Assembly: GCA_903901225.1 (NCBI GenBank)
Contig: CAIUQE010000010.1
Coordinates: forward strand, 17,911 to 81,910
Direction: 5' to 3'
Source of the DNA: Candidatus Omnitrophota bacterium
Lineage (GTDB): Bacteria > Omnitrophota > Gorgyraeia > Zapsychrales > Fredricksoniimonadaceae
DNA: 64,000 nt
Shown: positions 49,173 to 58,955 of the stretch, piece after piece
Layout: every line of letters begins with the position of its first letter
Numbering within the stretch: position 1 is the first letter of the stretch
Position numbers and translations under genes: made by a program
Notes under the pieces: model-generated
Seen by the model: only the letters and a program-made list of their open reading frames with translations
What the model was told of the DNA's origin: nothing
The model's database searches: none

Positions 49173-49224
49173 GACAAAGCATGGGTCGATGTTATATTAA
49201 TTGAGATTTTGGGCCGCCCAAAAT
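49171..49224 (+). promoter_or_regulatory. carA promoter (TTGACA-16/17-TATATT) followed by perfect palindrome ATTTTGGGC-c-GCCCAAAAT
   Basis: TTGACA 49171-76, -10 at ~49193-99, inverted repeat 49206-49224 in the 5' leader, carA ATG at 49253. Confidence 0.55.
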
Positions 49225-49252
49225 ATCCTCTCATCGCTAACGACAGTCATTC

Positions 49253-50353
49253 ATGGCAGACGCAGTTCTATATCTTGAAGATGGCACGATCTTCCGCGGA
49301 ACGTCGCTGGGCACGCATGGCGCAACTGCGGGCGAAGTGGTCTTTAACACGGCCCTTTCGGGTTACCAGGAAGTCCTGACGGACCCTTCCTACGCCGGGC
49401 AGATCGTTGCCATGACGTACCCCTTGATCGGCAATTACGGCGTCAATCCCGAGGATGTCGAATCCGCCGGCATCCACGTGAAGGGGTTCGTGGTCAAGGA
49501 GTTCTGCCGTACCCATTCCAATTACCGCGCCACGCAAAGCCTTATTTCCTATCTCGACGACCATCAGATCATCGGCATCGAAGGCGTTGACACGCGCGCG
49601 CTGACGCGCCATTTGCGGCTTTCAGGGGCCATGAAAGGCCTCATTTCAACGACGGACCTTGATCCGGCGGCCCTCAAGGCCAAGCTGGCGCGGGTGCCTT
49701 CCATGGACGGTGCCGACTGGGTCAAGGAGGTGGCCACCAAGGCACCCTATATCTGGAAGGCTGAAGGCGAGAAAAAATACAAGATCGTGGCGGTCGACTG
49801 CGGGATCAAGTGGAACATCTTGCGCATTTTTGCGCAGATGAACTGCGAGGTCCATGTGGTGCCGCCTTCGACGTCGGCCAAAGACATCCTCGCGTATAAC
49901 GCGGACGGCCTGTTCCTTTCCAACGGCCCTGGCGATCCCGCTGCGGTCACCTATGTCATTGAGACGGTCCGGCAGTTGATCGGGAAACTTCCGATCTTCG
50001 GCATCTGCCTGGGCAACCAGATGATCGGCCTGGCGCTGGGCGGCCGTACGTACAAACTTAAATTCGGGCATCACGGCTGCAACCACCCCGTCAAGGACCT
50101 TGAATCCGGCCGCATTTCGATCACGTCCCAGAACCACGGTTTCTGTGTCGATATCGACAGCCTCGACAAGAACGAGGTCGAGGCCATTCACATCAATCTT
50201 AATGACAAGACGGTTGAGGGGCTGCGCCACAGGAAGCATCCTCTTTTTTCGATCCAGTACCATCCCGAGGCGGCGCCCGGGCCCAATGACGCGAAGTACC
50301 TTTTCCAAAAGTTCATCGACATGATCAACACGGACCGCCTCAACAAGAAATGA
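49253..50353 (+). CDS. carA: Carbamoyl-phosphate synthase small (glutaminase) subunit
   Basis: N-domain plus GATase1 ([20 protein letters not shown]). Confidence 0.9.
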   Translation: MADAVLYLEDGTIFRGTSLGTHGATAGEVVFNTALSGYQEVLTDPSYAGQIVAMTYPLIGNYGVNPEDVESAGIHVKGFVVKEFCRTHSNYRATQSLISYLDDHQIIGIEGVDTRALTRHLRLSGAMKGLISTTDLDPAALKAKLARVPSMDGADWVKEVATKAPYIWKAEGEKKYKIVAVDCGIKWNILRIFAQMNCEVHVVPPSTSAKDILAYNADGLFLSNGPGDPAAVTYVIETVRQLIGKLPIFGICLGNQMIGLALGGRTYKLKFGHHGCNHPVKDLESGRISITSQNHGFCVDIDSLDKNEVEAIHINLNDKTVEGLRHRKHPLFSIQYHPEAAPGPNDAKYLFQKFIDMINTDRLNKK

Positions 50354-50354
50354 T

Positions 50355-53300
50355 ATGCCTAAACGCACGGACATAAAAAAGATATTGCTCATCGGTTCCG
50401 GCCCCATCGTCATCGGCCAGGCCTGCGAGTTCGATTATTCGGGGACCCAGGCGTGCAAAGCCCTGCGCGAGGAGGGCTTCGAGATCGTGCTGGTCAATTC
50501 CAATCCCGCGACCATCATGACCGACCCTGAGACCGCGGATCGGACCTATATCGAGCCGCTGAGCGTTGAATTCCTCGAACTGATCATTGCCAAGGAAAGG
50601 CCCGACGCCATCCTGCCGACGCTGGGCGGCCAGACGGGCCTTAACCTTGCCGTTGAGCTGTGGGAAAAAGGCATCCTGGCGAAATACAAGGTCGAGATGC
50701 TCGGGGCGAATTACGAGGTCATCAAGAAGGCCGAGGACCGCAAGCAGTTCAAGCAGGCCTGCCTGCGCGTGGGCCTGGACCTTCCCAAAAGCAATTTTGC
50801 CTATAACATCGAGGAAGCGCACAAGGCCGTGGAAGAGATCGGTTTCCCCTGCATCATCCGCTCAAGCTTCACGCTCGGCGGGACCGGCGGGTCCATTGTT
50901 TACACGAAGGAAGAATTTGAGGCCAAGGCCAGGCTGGGTATTGAAAGCAGCATGATCCACGAGATCCTCATCGAGGAGTCCATCGAAGGGTGGAAAGAAT
51001 ACGAGCTCGAGGTCATGCGCGACAAGAAAGACAATGTTGTCATCGTTTGCGCGATCGAGAACCTTGACGCCATGGGCGTCCATACGGGCGATTCCATCAC
51101 CGTGGCGCCGGCCCAGACGCTGACCGACCGTGAATACCAGCGCATGCGCGACCAGGCGCTGGTCCTGATCCGCGAGATCGGCGTCGAGACCGGCGGTTCC
51201 AATATCCAGTTCGCCGTTCATCCCAAGACCGGGCGGATGGTGGTCATCGAGATGAACCCGCGCGTGTCGCGCTCGTCGGCGTTGGCCTCCAAGGCGACGG
51301 GTTTCGCGATCGCGAAATTCGCGGCAAAGCTCGCGGTGGGTTACACGCTCGACGAGATCCAGAACGACATCACCCGCGTGACCCCGGCATCATTCGAGCC
51401 GACCATTGATTACTGCGTGGTCAAGATCCCGCGCTTCACGTTCGAGAAATTTCCCGAGGCCAAGGACGTCCTGGGCGTGCAGATGAAGTCCGTGGGCGAG
51501 ACCATGGCCATCGGACGCACGTTCAAGGAAGCGCTCCAGAAGGGCCTGCGGGGGCTTGAGATCCATCACATCGGGTTTGATAACAAGGCCGACTACCGGC
51601 TTGTTGATGACGCAAAGATGATGCTGCGCCTGAGCGAGCCCAATGCTTCGCGTATCTTTTACATGAAATACGCGCTGCAAAAAGGGTTGAGCGTCGACAA
51701 GGTGTCCGAGATCACGCGCGTCGACAAATGGTTCGTCGCCCAGATGCAGCAGATCATTGACATGGAGCGCGCGATCACCGCTGAATTCAAGGCGGCCAAA
51801 GCGCTCAGTGCCGTGACGCTGCGCAAGGCCAAGGAATGGGGTTTTTCCGATGCCCAGCTGGCTGAGATCACGGGCCAGAGCGAGACCGCGGTGCGCAAGC
51901 AGCGCAAGGACATGGGGGTCGTGGCGACCTTCAAGGTCGTGGACACCTGCGCGGCCGAATTCGAAGCGTACACGCCTTATTTTTATTCGACGTACGAGAC
52001 CGAGGACGAAGCCGTCCTGCAGAACGAAAAGATCTCCCGTGAAAAGAAGGGGCCGCGCCGCAAGATCATGATCCTGGGTGGAGGCCCTAACCGCATCGGG
52101 CAGGGCATCGAATTTGATTATTGCTGCTGCCACGCGGCGTTCGCGCTCAAGGAGCGGGGGTTCGAGACCATCATGGTCAATTCCAACCCCGAGACCGTTT
52201 CGACCGATTACGACACTTCCGACCGTCTTTATTTCGAGCCGCTGACCTTTGAAGACGTCATGAATATCATTGACGTGGAAAAGCCCGACGGCGTCATTGT
52301 CCAGTTCGGCGGCCAGACGCCGCTGAACCTCGCGCGGCGCCTGCAGCAGGCCGGCGTCCCGATCATCGGCACCAGCGTCGATTCCATTGACGTGGCCGAG
52401 AATCGTGAACGTTTTTCGGAGCTGTTGAACCAGCTGAAGATCGCCCAGCCGGCGAACGCCACCGCGATAACCGTTGAAGACGCCGTGGCCGCGGCCGGAC
52501 GGGTGGGCTATCCGGTCCTGGTGCGCCCCTCGTATGTCCTGGGCGGGCGGGCGATGCGCATTGTTTATGACGAAGAGACCATCCTGACGTTCATTGAAGA
52601 GGTCGCGGATGTTTCGCGCGGGCACCCCATCCTCATCGACAAGTTCATCGAGGATGCCATGGAGGTTGACGTGGACGCCATTTGCGACGGCGGCGCGGTG
52701 TACGTTGCCGGCATCATGGAGCACATCGAGAACGCGGGGATCCATTCCGGGGATTCCGCCTGTGTCCTGCCGCCGCACACGCTCAGCGAGGAGATCCTCG
52801 TGGAGATCAAGGAGAGCACCCGGCGCATCGCCCTGGCCCTTAAGGTCATCGGGCTCCTGAATATCCAGTTCGCGATCAAGGGCGAGAAGGTCTTTGTCCT
52901 TGAGGTCAATCCGCGCGCTTCGCGCACGGTGCCGTTCGTTTCCAAGGCGATCGGGGCGCCCCTGGCGAAAATAGCCGCGCGCATCATGGCCGGCGAAAAG
53001 CTTTCCGATTTTCCGAACCTCCCGGACATTGACAACCTGGGCCAGGTGGCGGTCAAGGAATGCGTCCTGCCTTTCTCCAGGTTCTCCGGCGTGGACATCA
53101 TCCTCGGGCCTGAAATGAAATCCACCGGTGAGGTCATGGGCATGGCCCCCACCTTCGGCGCGGCGTTCGCCAAGAGCCAGGTCGCGGCCAACCAGTCGTT
53201 GCCGCGCAAGGGGTCGGTGTTCATCAGCGTCAACGAGAACGACAAACGCCACATTGCTTTTATGGCCAAGCGCCTGCAGGACCACGGATTTAGGATCTAC

Positions 53301-53615
53301 GCGACCAAGGGGACCGCGAAAGTCCTGCGTTCCAGCGGCGTGGCCACGATCCTGGTGGACAAGACGGGCGAGGGCGAGCACAATATATTGACTTTACTGG
53401 CGAAAAATGAGATAAATCTTATTATTAATACGCCGTCCGGCAAGAAGAGCCAGTCGGACATGCGCAGCATCCGTTCGGCTTCCATTCGTCACGCTATCCC
53501 CTGCATCACGACCCTCCAGGGCGCGTGGGCGGCGGTGAACGGGATCGAAGCGAGCCTGAAGGAAGGTTTTACCGTTGAATCGTTGCAGGCGTATTACGCG
53601 CGGACACGCCGCTAA
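50355..53615 (+). CDS. carB: Carbamoyl-phosphate synthase large subunit
   Basis: 1086 aa. Duplicated ATP-grasp halves ([23 protein letters not shown]... and [23 protein letters not shown]...). MGS-like C-terminal domain. Confidence 0.95.
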   Translation: MPKRTDIKKILLIGSGPIVIGQACEFDYSGTQACKALREEGFEIVLVNSNPATIMTDPETADRTYIEPLSVEFLELIIAKERPDAILPTLGGQTGLNLAVELWEKGILAKYKVEMLGANYEVIKKAEDRKQFKQACLRVGLDLPKSNFAYNIEEAHKAVEEIGFPCIIRSSFTLGGTGGSIVYTKEEFEAKARLGIESSMIHEILIEESIEGWKEYELEVMRDKKDNVVIVCAIENLDAMGVHTGDSITVAPAQTLTDREYQRMRDQALVLIREIGVETGGSNIQFAVHPKTGRMVVIEMNPRVSRSSALASKATGFAIAKFAAKLAVGYTLDEIQNDITRVTPASFEPTIDYCVVKIPRFTFEKFPEAKDVLGVQMKSVGETMAIGRTFKEALQKGLRGLEIHHIGFDNKADYRLVDDAKMMLRLSEPNASRIFYMKYALQKGLSVDKVSEITRVDKWFVAQMQQIIDMERAITAEFKAAKALSAVTLRKAKEWGFSDAQLAEITGQSETAVRKQRKDMGVVATFKVVDTCAAEFEAYTPYFYSTYETEDEAVLQNEKISREKKGPRRKIMILGGGPNRIGQGIEFDYCCCHAAFALKERGFETIMVNSNPETVSTDYDTSDRLYFEPLTFEDVMNIIDVEKPDGVIVQFGGQTPLNLARRLQQAGVPIIGTSVDSIDVAENRERFSELLNQLKIAQPANATAITVEDAVAAAGRVGYPVLVRPSYVLGGRAMRIVYDEETILTFIEEVADVSRGHPILIDKFIEDAMEVDVDAICDGGAVYVAGIMEHIENAGIHSGDSACVLPPHTLSEEILVEIKESTRRIALALKVIGLLNIQFAIKGEKVFVLEVNPRASRTVPFVSKAIGAPLAKIAARIMAGEKLSDFPNLPDIDNLGQVAVKECVLPFSRFSGVDIILGPEMKSTGEVMGMAPTFGAAFAKSQVAANQSLPRKGSVFISVNENDKRHIAFMAKRLQDHGFRIYATKGTAKVLRSSGVATILVDKTGEGEHNILTLLAKNEINLIINTPSGKKSQSDMRSIRSASIRHAIPCITTLQGAWAAVNGIEASLKEGFTVESLQAYYARTRR

Positions 53616-53643
53616 CCCCTGATCTCTCCCAAAAGGTTGTATT

Positions 53644-55023
53644 ATGTGCGGTATCATCGGCATTTCCGATCATCCAGAGGCTTCCAGGATCGCCTATCTC
53701 GGGCTTTACGCCCTTCAGCACCGCGGTGAAGAAGCGGCCGGCATCGCCACCTACGACGGCAGCGTCCACATCATCAAGGACCGCGGGCTTGTCTTTGACG
53801 TGTTCGACGAGGCCGCCATTGATTCCCTCAAGGGCAATGTCGCCATCGCCCACACCCGTTATTCAACGACGGGATCCAGCAACATCAAGAACTGCCAGCC
53901 TTTCCTGGTCACGCACCGCAAGCGCCCCATCGCGGTGGCGCACAACGGCAACCTGACCAACACCGAGGAGCTTTACCGCAAGCTCGAGGATGAGGGATCC
54001 ATTTTCCAGACATCCATGGATTCGGAGATCCTTGTTCATCTGCTGGCCAAGACGCCCAGCGACGATTATAAGAAATGGTTCATCCAGGTGCTGTCCCAGC
54101 TCCAGGGCGCTTTCTCCGTCGTTTTCATGGTCGAGGGGACGCTTGTCGGCGCCCGCGACCCGATGGGCTTTCGCCCGCTGGTCCTGGGCAAGCTTGACAC
54201 GGGGTATGTCCTGGCGAGCGAGACGTGCGCGCTGGACCTGATGAAAGCCGAGATCATCCGCGAGATCGAGCCGGGTGAGATCATCATCATCCGGGGGGAG
54301 AAGATCGAGACCGCCTTTCTGCCCGGCTGCGGGAAAAAGACGGCCCAGTGCATTTTTGAAAACATCTATTTCGCGCGGCCCGACAGCCATATCTTCGACG
54401 ACAATATCTACCAGGTGAGAAAGCGTTTGGGCGTTCAGCTGGCGAAGGAAGCTCCGGCGCCCGGGGTCGATTTCGTGATGCCGATACCCGATTCCGGGGT
54501 TTACGCGGCGCTTGGTTACGCCGAGCAGGCAAAGCTCCCCTATGAGATCGGGATGATCCGCAACCATTACATCGGGCGCACCTTCATCCAGCCGACGCAG
54601 TTCCTGCGCGATTTCCGGGTGAGGGTCAAGCTAAACCCCATCCACGATGTCCTCAAGGGCAAGAAAGTAGCCGTGGTCGAAGATTCGATCGTGCGCGGGA
54701 CGACGAGCCGCAGCCGCGTGCGGGCGATCCGCAGCGCCGGCGCCAAAGAGATCCACATGCGCATCACCTGCCCGCCGATCATCTCGCCGTGTTTTTACGG
54801 CATAGATTTTCCGTCGGAAGAAGAGCTGGTGGCGCATGGCAAATCGGTCAAGCAGATCGCGGACTTCATTGAGGTCGATTCGCTCGAATACCTCAGTCTC
54901 GACGGGATGCTGGCGGTCATGAAAGACGGCGGGAAGTTCTGTCACGCGTGTTTCACGGGGAAATACCCGGTCCCCGTTCCGCAGAACAAAAGCAAATATT
55001 TACTGGAAGCGAAGTCGAAGTAA
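53644..55023 (+). CDS. purF: Amidophosphoribosyltransferase
   Basis: N-terminal MCGIIGI (Ntn Cys). PRTase motif VVEDSIVRGTT. C-terminal Cys ligands. Confidence 0.9.
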   Translation: MCGIIGISDHPEASRIAYLGLYALQHRGEEAAGIATYDGSVHIIKDRGLVFDVFDEAAIDSLKGNVAIAHTRYSTTGSSNIKNCQPFLVTHRKRPIAVAHNGNLTNTEELYRKLEDEGSIFQTSMDSEILVHLLAKTPSDDYKKWFIQVLSQLQGAFSVVFMVEGTLVGARDPMGFRPLVLGKLDTGYVLASETCALDLMKAEIIREIEPGEIIIIRGEKIETAFLPGCGKKTAQCIFENIYFARPDSHIFDDNIYQVRKRLGVQLAKEAPAPGVDFVMPIPDSGVYAALGYAEQAKLPYEIGMIRNHYIGRTFIQPTQFLRDFRVRVKLNPIHDVLKGKKVAVVEDSIVRGTTSRSRVRAIRSAGAKEIHMRITCPPIISPCFYGIDFPSEEELVAHGKSVKQIADFIEVDSLEYLSLDGMLAVMKDGGKFCHACFTGKYPVPVPQNKSKYLLEAKSK

Positions 55024-55098
55024 ACTACAATTATCGTTATGGAAGGTTGTTCCCGACACCTGTCCCGCGGCCCCTGCGGGCTCATATAAAGGCGCTCT

Positions 55099-56718
55099 AT
55101 GAGTAAATATATTTTTGTAACGGGAGGCGTGGTTTCCAGCCTCGGCAAAGGTATCGCCTCCGCTTCCATCGGAAAGCTCCTCGAGTCGCGTGGCCTGAAG
55201 GTCACTATCCTCAAATGCGACCCCTACCTCAACATCGACCCCGGCACCATGAACCCTTACCAGCACGGTGAGGTTTACGTCACGGACGACGGCGCGGAGA
55301 CGGACCTTGACCTGGGGCATTACGAGCGTTTCACCAGCGGGAAGTACACCAAGGACAACAATATCACGGCGGGCAAGATCTATTACTCCGTCATCACCAA
55401 GGAGCGCCGCGGCGACTATCTTGGCAAGACCGTGCAGATCATCCCGCACATCACCGACGAGATCAAGGCCTGCATCAAGAGGGTTTCCAAAGAGCAGGAC
55501 GTGGATGTGGTGATCGTCGAGATCGGCGGCACGGTGGGTGATATTGAAAGCCTGCCGTTCCTCGAGGCCATCCGCCAGCTCCGCTGGGAGATGGGGGAAC
55601 ATTACGCGCTCAATATCCACGTCACGCTTTTGCCGTATATTAAATCCTGCGGGGAACAGAAGACGAAGCCGACCCAGCATTCCGTCGGACGCCTGCGCGA
55701 GATCGGCATCCAGCCGGACATCCTCCTGTGCCGCACCGAGCGCCCCATGATCCAGGACCAGCGGGAGAAGATCGCGCTGTTCTGCAATGTCGACGTTGAG
55801 GGCGTCATCGAGGCGCCCGACGTGAAAAGTATTTACGAATGCCCCTCCACGTTCAAGGTCCAGGGGCTGGACGTACTCATTACCAAGAAGCTTAATCTCA
55901 AGACGCCGGAACGCGATCTTAAGGAATGGGAAAATTATGTCCTCAAGCGGCTGAAGCATCCCAAACACGAGGTCAATATCGTGGTGGCCGGAAAATACAT
56001 CCAGCTTACCGACGCCTATAAATCCATTTACGAGTCGCTCATCCACGGCGGCATCGCCGCGGACGCGAAGGTCAATGTCGTCAGGATCGATTCGGAAGAC
56101 CTGGAGAAAGGCAAGGTTGACAAATATTTCAGGCATATCCAGGGCATCCTGGTGCCCGGCGGGTTCGGGGCGCGCGGCATAGAAGGGAAGATCCGCGCCA
56201 TCAAGTACGCGCGTGAAAAGAACATACCTTTCTTCGGGATATGCCTGGGCATGCAGCTGGCTTCCGTCGAATTCGCGCGGCATGTGTGCGGGCTCAAGAC
56301 CGCCAATTCCACGGAATTCGATAAGGCGACCAAAGATCCGGTCATCAGCCTCCTGGCGGAGCAGCACCAGGTGACCAACATGGGCGCGACCATGCGCCTG
56401 GGAGCGTATCCCTGCCATCTGGAGCGCGATACGAAGGCCATGTCTGCTTACAAGAAGGAAGATATTTCGGAACGCCACCGCCACCGTTACGAGTTCAATA
56501 ACGCGTACCGCGAGGTGCTGTCTTCCAGGGGCCTTGTTTTTTCAGGCATCAACGCCCAGCGCGACCTTGTGGAGATCATCGAGGTCAAGGGACACCGCTG
56601 GTTCATCGGCTGCCAGTTCCATCCTGAATTCCAGTCAAAGCCCGACAAGCCGCATCCTTTGTTCCGCGAGTTTGTTGCCGCGGCACTGACGGTCCGTGAG
56701 AAAAAATCTGTGGTGTGA
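55099..56718 (+). CDS. pyrG: CTP synthase
   Basis: [19 protein letters not shown]. GATase domain GICLGMQ. Confidence 0.95.
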   Translation: MSKYIFVTGGVVSSLGKGIASASIGKLLESRGLKVTILKCDPYLNIDPGTMNPYQHGEVYVTDDGAETDLDLGHYERFTSGKYTKDNNITAGKIYYSVITKERRGDYLGKTVQIIPHITDEIKACIKRVSKEQDVDVVIVEIGGTVGDIESLPFLEAIRQLRWEMGEHYALNIHVTLLPYIKSCGEQKTKPTQHSVGRLREIGIQPDILLCRTERPMIQDQREKIALFCNVDVEGVIEAPDVKSIYECPSTFKVQGLDVLITKKLNLKTPERDLKEWENYVLKRLKHPKHEVNIVVAGKYIQLTDAYKSIYESLIHGGIAADAKVNVVRIDSEDLEKGKVDKYFRHIQGILVPGGFGARGIEGKIRAIKYAREKNIPFFGICLGMQLASVEFARHVCGLKTANSTEFDKATKDPVISLLAEQHQVTNMGATMRLGAYPCHLERDTKAMSAYKKEDISERHRHRYEFNNAYREVLSSRGLVFSGINAQRDLVEIIEVKGHRWFIGCQFHPEFQSKPDKPHPLFREFVAAALTVREKKSVV

Positions 56719-56736
56719 TGTGCCGGGGAAAGAAGA

Positions 56737-56821
56737 TGGTGCGCGGGGTGGGACTTGAACCCACATGCCTTACGGCATACGCCCCTCAAACGTACGTGTC
56801 TACCAATTTCACCACCCGCGC
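56737..56821 (-). tRNA. tRNA-Leu (anticodon GAG), class II with long variable arm
   Basis: Reverse complement folds as GCGCGGG acceptor, D-arm GTG/AAATTGGTAGA/CAC, anticodon stem-loop TACGT-TTGAGGG-GCGTA (GAG), variable hairpin GCC-GTAA-GGC, T-arm GTGGG-TTCAAGT-CCCAC, discriminator A, CCA encoded. Confidence 0.85.
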
Positions 56822-56938
56822 GAGAATGGTACAAGCGTTTCAAGGCTCGAGAGAGAACGAAATCATAACGGCTTTTGGATGCCGTGTCAAGCCTGGAATT
56901 GTTTTCACGGACGGAAACTTAATTCAAAGGGGTGCCTT

Positions 56939-57655
56939 ATGCGTATCGACGTGAGTGCGAGTATCCTGGCCGCGGATTTTGGCAAGCTGGCCGAAGCGGT
57001 GCAGTTGTGTGAGCGTGCGGGCGTCGGGCGCATCCATGTGGATGTCATGGACGGGCACTTTGTCCCCACCATCACGATAGGGCCGCTGGTGGTGCAGGCG
57101 GTGCGTGCCTGCACGAAACTCCCGATCGCCGCGCATCTGATGATCGAGAATCCGTGGGACCACATTGACGCGTTCGCGGACGCCGGGGCGGATATCATCG
57201 GGGTGCACGCGGAATGCTATGGGGCTCGCCGGCTGGCTTGCCGGGAGCACGGGCAGTATCCGAAGGAAGTTGATGCCATTGATCCGCACAAGGCCAGGGC
57301 CGATATCCGGCGTATCAGGGATAAGGGAAAACAGGTTTGTTTCACGGTCAATCCGGGAACGCCGGTGCAGTGCCTGGACCCCATCCTCGGGGACCTTGAC
57401 GCCGTGCTCGTCATGTCGGTCAACCCCGGGTTTTCTGGCCAGAAATTCATGCCGGTGGCGGTCCCCAAGATCGCCTGGCTGCGTTCCATCGGGTTCAAGA
57501 AGGATGTTGCCATTGACGGTGGTGTGAACGCGCAGACCGCGCCCGCGGTCGTGCAGGCCGGCGCGAATGTGCTGGTCACGGCCAGTTATTTCTTTTCCAG
57601 CAAGGATCCAGCCGGCGACATCAAGGCCCTCAAGGCGCTGGGGGAGGGGCTGTGA
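56939..57655 (+). CDS. rpe: Ribulose-phosphate 3-epimerase
   Basis: RBS aaagggg. MRIDVSASILAADFGKL...HVDVMDGHFVP...NPGFSGQKF. Contains a ~25-aa insertion (RRLACREHGQYPKEVDAIDPHKARADIRR). The track ORF starts upstream at 56765. Confidence 0.85.
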   Translation: MRIDVSASILAADFGKLAEAVQLCERAGVGRIHVDVMDGHFVPTITIGPLVVQAVRACTKLPIAAHLMIENPWDHIDAFADAGADIIGVHAECYGARRLACREHGQYPKEVDAIDPHKARADIRRIRDKGKQVCFTVNPGTPVQCLDPILGDLDAVLVMSVNPGFSGQKFMPVAVPKIAWLRSIGFKKDVAIDGGVNAQTAPAVVQAGANVLVTASYFFSSKDPAGDIKALKALGEGL

Positions 57656-58014
57656 GGCTTATCCGGGAAAAATGCCCGCGATCCCGCGGGCAGGTCATGA
57701 TGGAGTATCTTCTGGTCATGGTTGCCGTCGCGTTCCTTGTCTTTGGTCTTTTCAAGGCGGGGTCCGGTGGCGGGCTTATCGAGCAGACACGGCAGACGAC
57801 CAATCAGTATTTTAATTCCGGGGCCATGGCGATCATGGGCGGTTATTACGACCCTGCGACGGGCACATATAAAGAAGTGAATCCCCAGCCTGTTGACGGC
57901 GGCTGGTGCTCCTGCGGCCATGCCAACGGGCACACGGTCCGTGAATGCGCCTGCCCGCGGCCCGCGTTTGGCGGCAATCCGTGTTCCGGGCGAGCTGTCG
58001 ACGATGGTTGTTAG
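57652..58014 (+). CDS. Flp/Fap-like type IVb prepilin with Cys-rich C-terminal extension
   Basis: Leader ...SRG|QVMMEYLLVMVAVAFLVFGLF matches the G/xxxxEY prepilin peptidase site plus a hydrophobic helix. C-terminus carries 6 Cys (WCSCGH...RECACP...PCSG...DDGC). The start is uncertain: GTG 57652 overlaps the rpe stop, and an alternative ATG at 57697 would leave no leader. Confidence 0.45.
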   Translation: MRLIREKCPRSRGQVMMEYLLVMVAVAFLVFGLFKAGSGGGLIEQTRQTTNQYFNSGAMAIMGGYYDPATGTYKEVNPQPVDGGWCSCGHANGHTVRECACPRPAFGGNPCSGRAVDDGC

Positions 58015-58016
58015 CG

Positions 58017-58955
58017 TTAAACCCGGTCGCTCCTGCGTTTATCCCTCACGAAATTGCTTTTATTCTGGCTCTTGGCGAATTTCTTCAGTTCCGCCCCGAT
58101 CTCCCCGACCTGCGCCACGTGGGCTATCCGCATGAACGCGTTTGAAACGATCCCGATGGAAATGGACATGAGCCCGATCTTTATTTCATTGCCCTGCCGG
58201 TCCTTGCCCGTGATGAACCCGGCCGCGCGGTCTTCCTCCGAGTAAAAGCCCGGTGAGTTCGCGTCAAAAAGGTCAATGATCTTCTGGCTGATCGCGTCCG
58301 CGACCGCGTCATCGCTGACAAAAACGAAATCGTCCCCGCCGATATGCCCCACGAACACGTTGTTGCCGCCCGCCTCTTTGGCCGCCTGGATGATGACGCG
58401 CGCCGTGGCTTTGATGATCTCGTCGCCTTTTTCGAAACCGTATTTGTCGTTGAAAAGCTTGAACTTGTCGAGGTCGCAGTAGCCCACCGCGAATTTCCCG
58501 CCGCTCTCGATGCGGCTTTGCAACTCGTCCATGATCGAGGCATTGCCGGGGAGGTGGGTGAGCGGGTTGGCGTCGAGGTTGCGGATGGTCCGCACCATGA
58601 TCATGTTGATGCGCGCGAGCAGGTTGTCCGGCTCGAAGGGCTTGATCAGGTAATCGTCGGCGCCCGCGTTGATCCCCTTGACCATGTCCTTGGTGTCGCC
58701 CTTGCCCGTGAGCAGGATGATAGGGATGTGCGATAAAAGGACATCCTTGCGCAGTTCCTTGCAGAATTCCGGGCCAGTCATGACGGGCATCATGTAGTCC
58801 GTGATGATGATGTCCGGGTTGCCCGTCCTTGCCTGCGCGAGCCCTTCCGCGCCGTTGGAGGCTTTGATCACATCGAAGCGCTCTGAAAGCGTCAGTTCAA
58901 GCACGTCGAGGATGTCAGGGTCGTCGTCAATGATCAGGATCCGTTCACGTTTCAT
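58017..58955 (-). CDS. Response regulator: receiver domain + GGDEF-type domain with GGDDF variant motif
   Basis: REC (ILIIDDDPDI...ITDYMMP...KP). GGDEF-family region (PLTHLPGNASIM...YCDLDKFKLFND...GHIGGDDFVFV). Confidence 0.8.
   Translation of the reverse strand: MKRERILIIDDDPDILDVLELTLSERFDVIKASNGAEGLAQARTGNPDIIITDYMMPVMTGPEFCKELRKDVLLSHIPIILLTGKGDTKDMVKGINAGADDYLIKPFEPDNLLARINMIMVRTIRNLDANPLTHLPGNASIMDELQSRIESGGKFAVGYCDLDKFKLFNDKYGFEKGDEIIKATARVIIQAAKEAGGNNVFVGHIGGDDFVFVSDDAVADAISQKIIDLFDANSPGFYSEEDRAAGFITGKDRQGNEIKIGLMSISIGIVSNAFMRIAHVAQVGEIGAELKKFAKSQNKSNFVRDKRRSDRV

Noticed and set aside
51390-53381. 663-aa minus-strand ORF
   Set aside because: Antisense to carB.
55024-55098. Hairpin CCCGC-ggcccct-GCGGG between purF and pyrG as a terminator
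   Set aside because: No downstream U-tract. More likely incidental GC-rich structure or a weak attenuator.
55000-56484. 494-aa minus-strand ORF
   Set aside because: Antisense to pyrG (CTP synthase).
56737-56821. tRNA-Leu as an integration site for a genomic island
   Set aside because: The tRNA 3' end faces pyrG (core gene), with no integrase, direct repeat of the tRNA 3' end or compositional shift nearby.
56487-56954. Overlapping ORFs (56487-56843 minus; 56715-56954 plus) across the pyrG-rpe spacer
   Set aside because: They span the tRNA-Leu gene and lack RBS or domains. The real features here are the tRNA and the rpe start at 56939.
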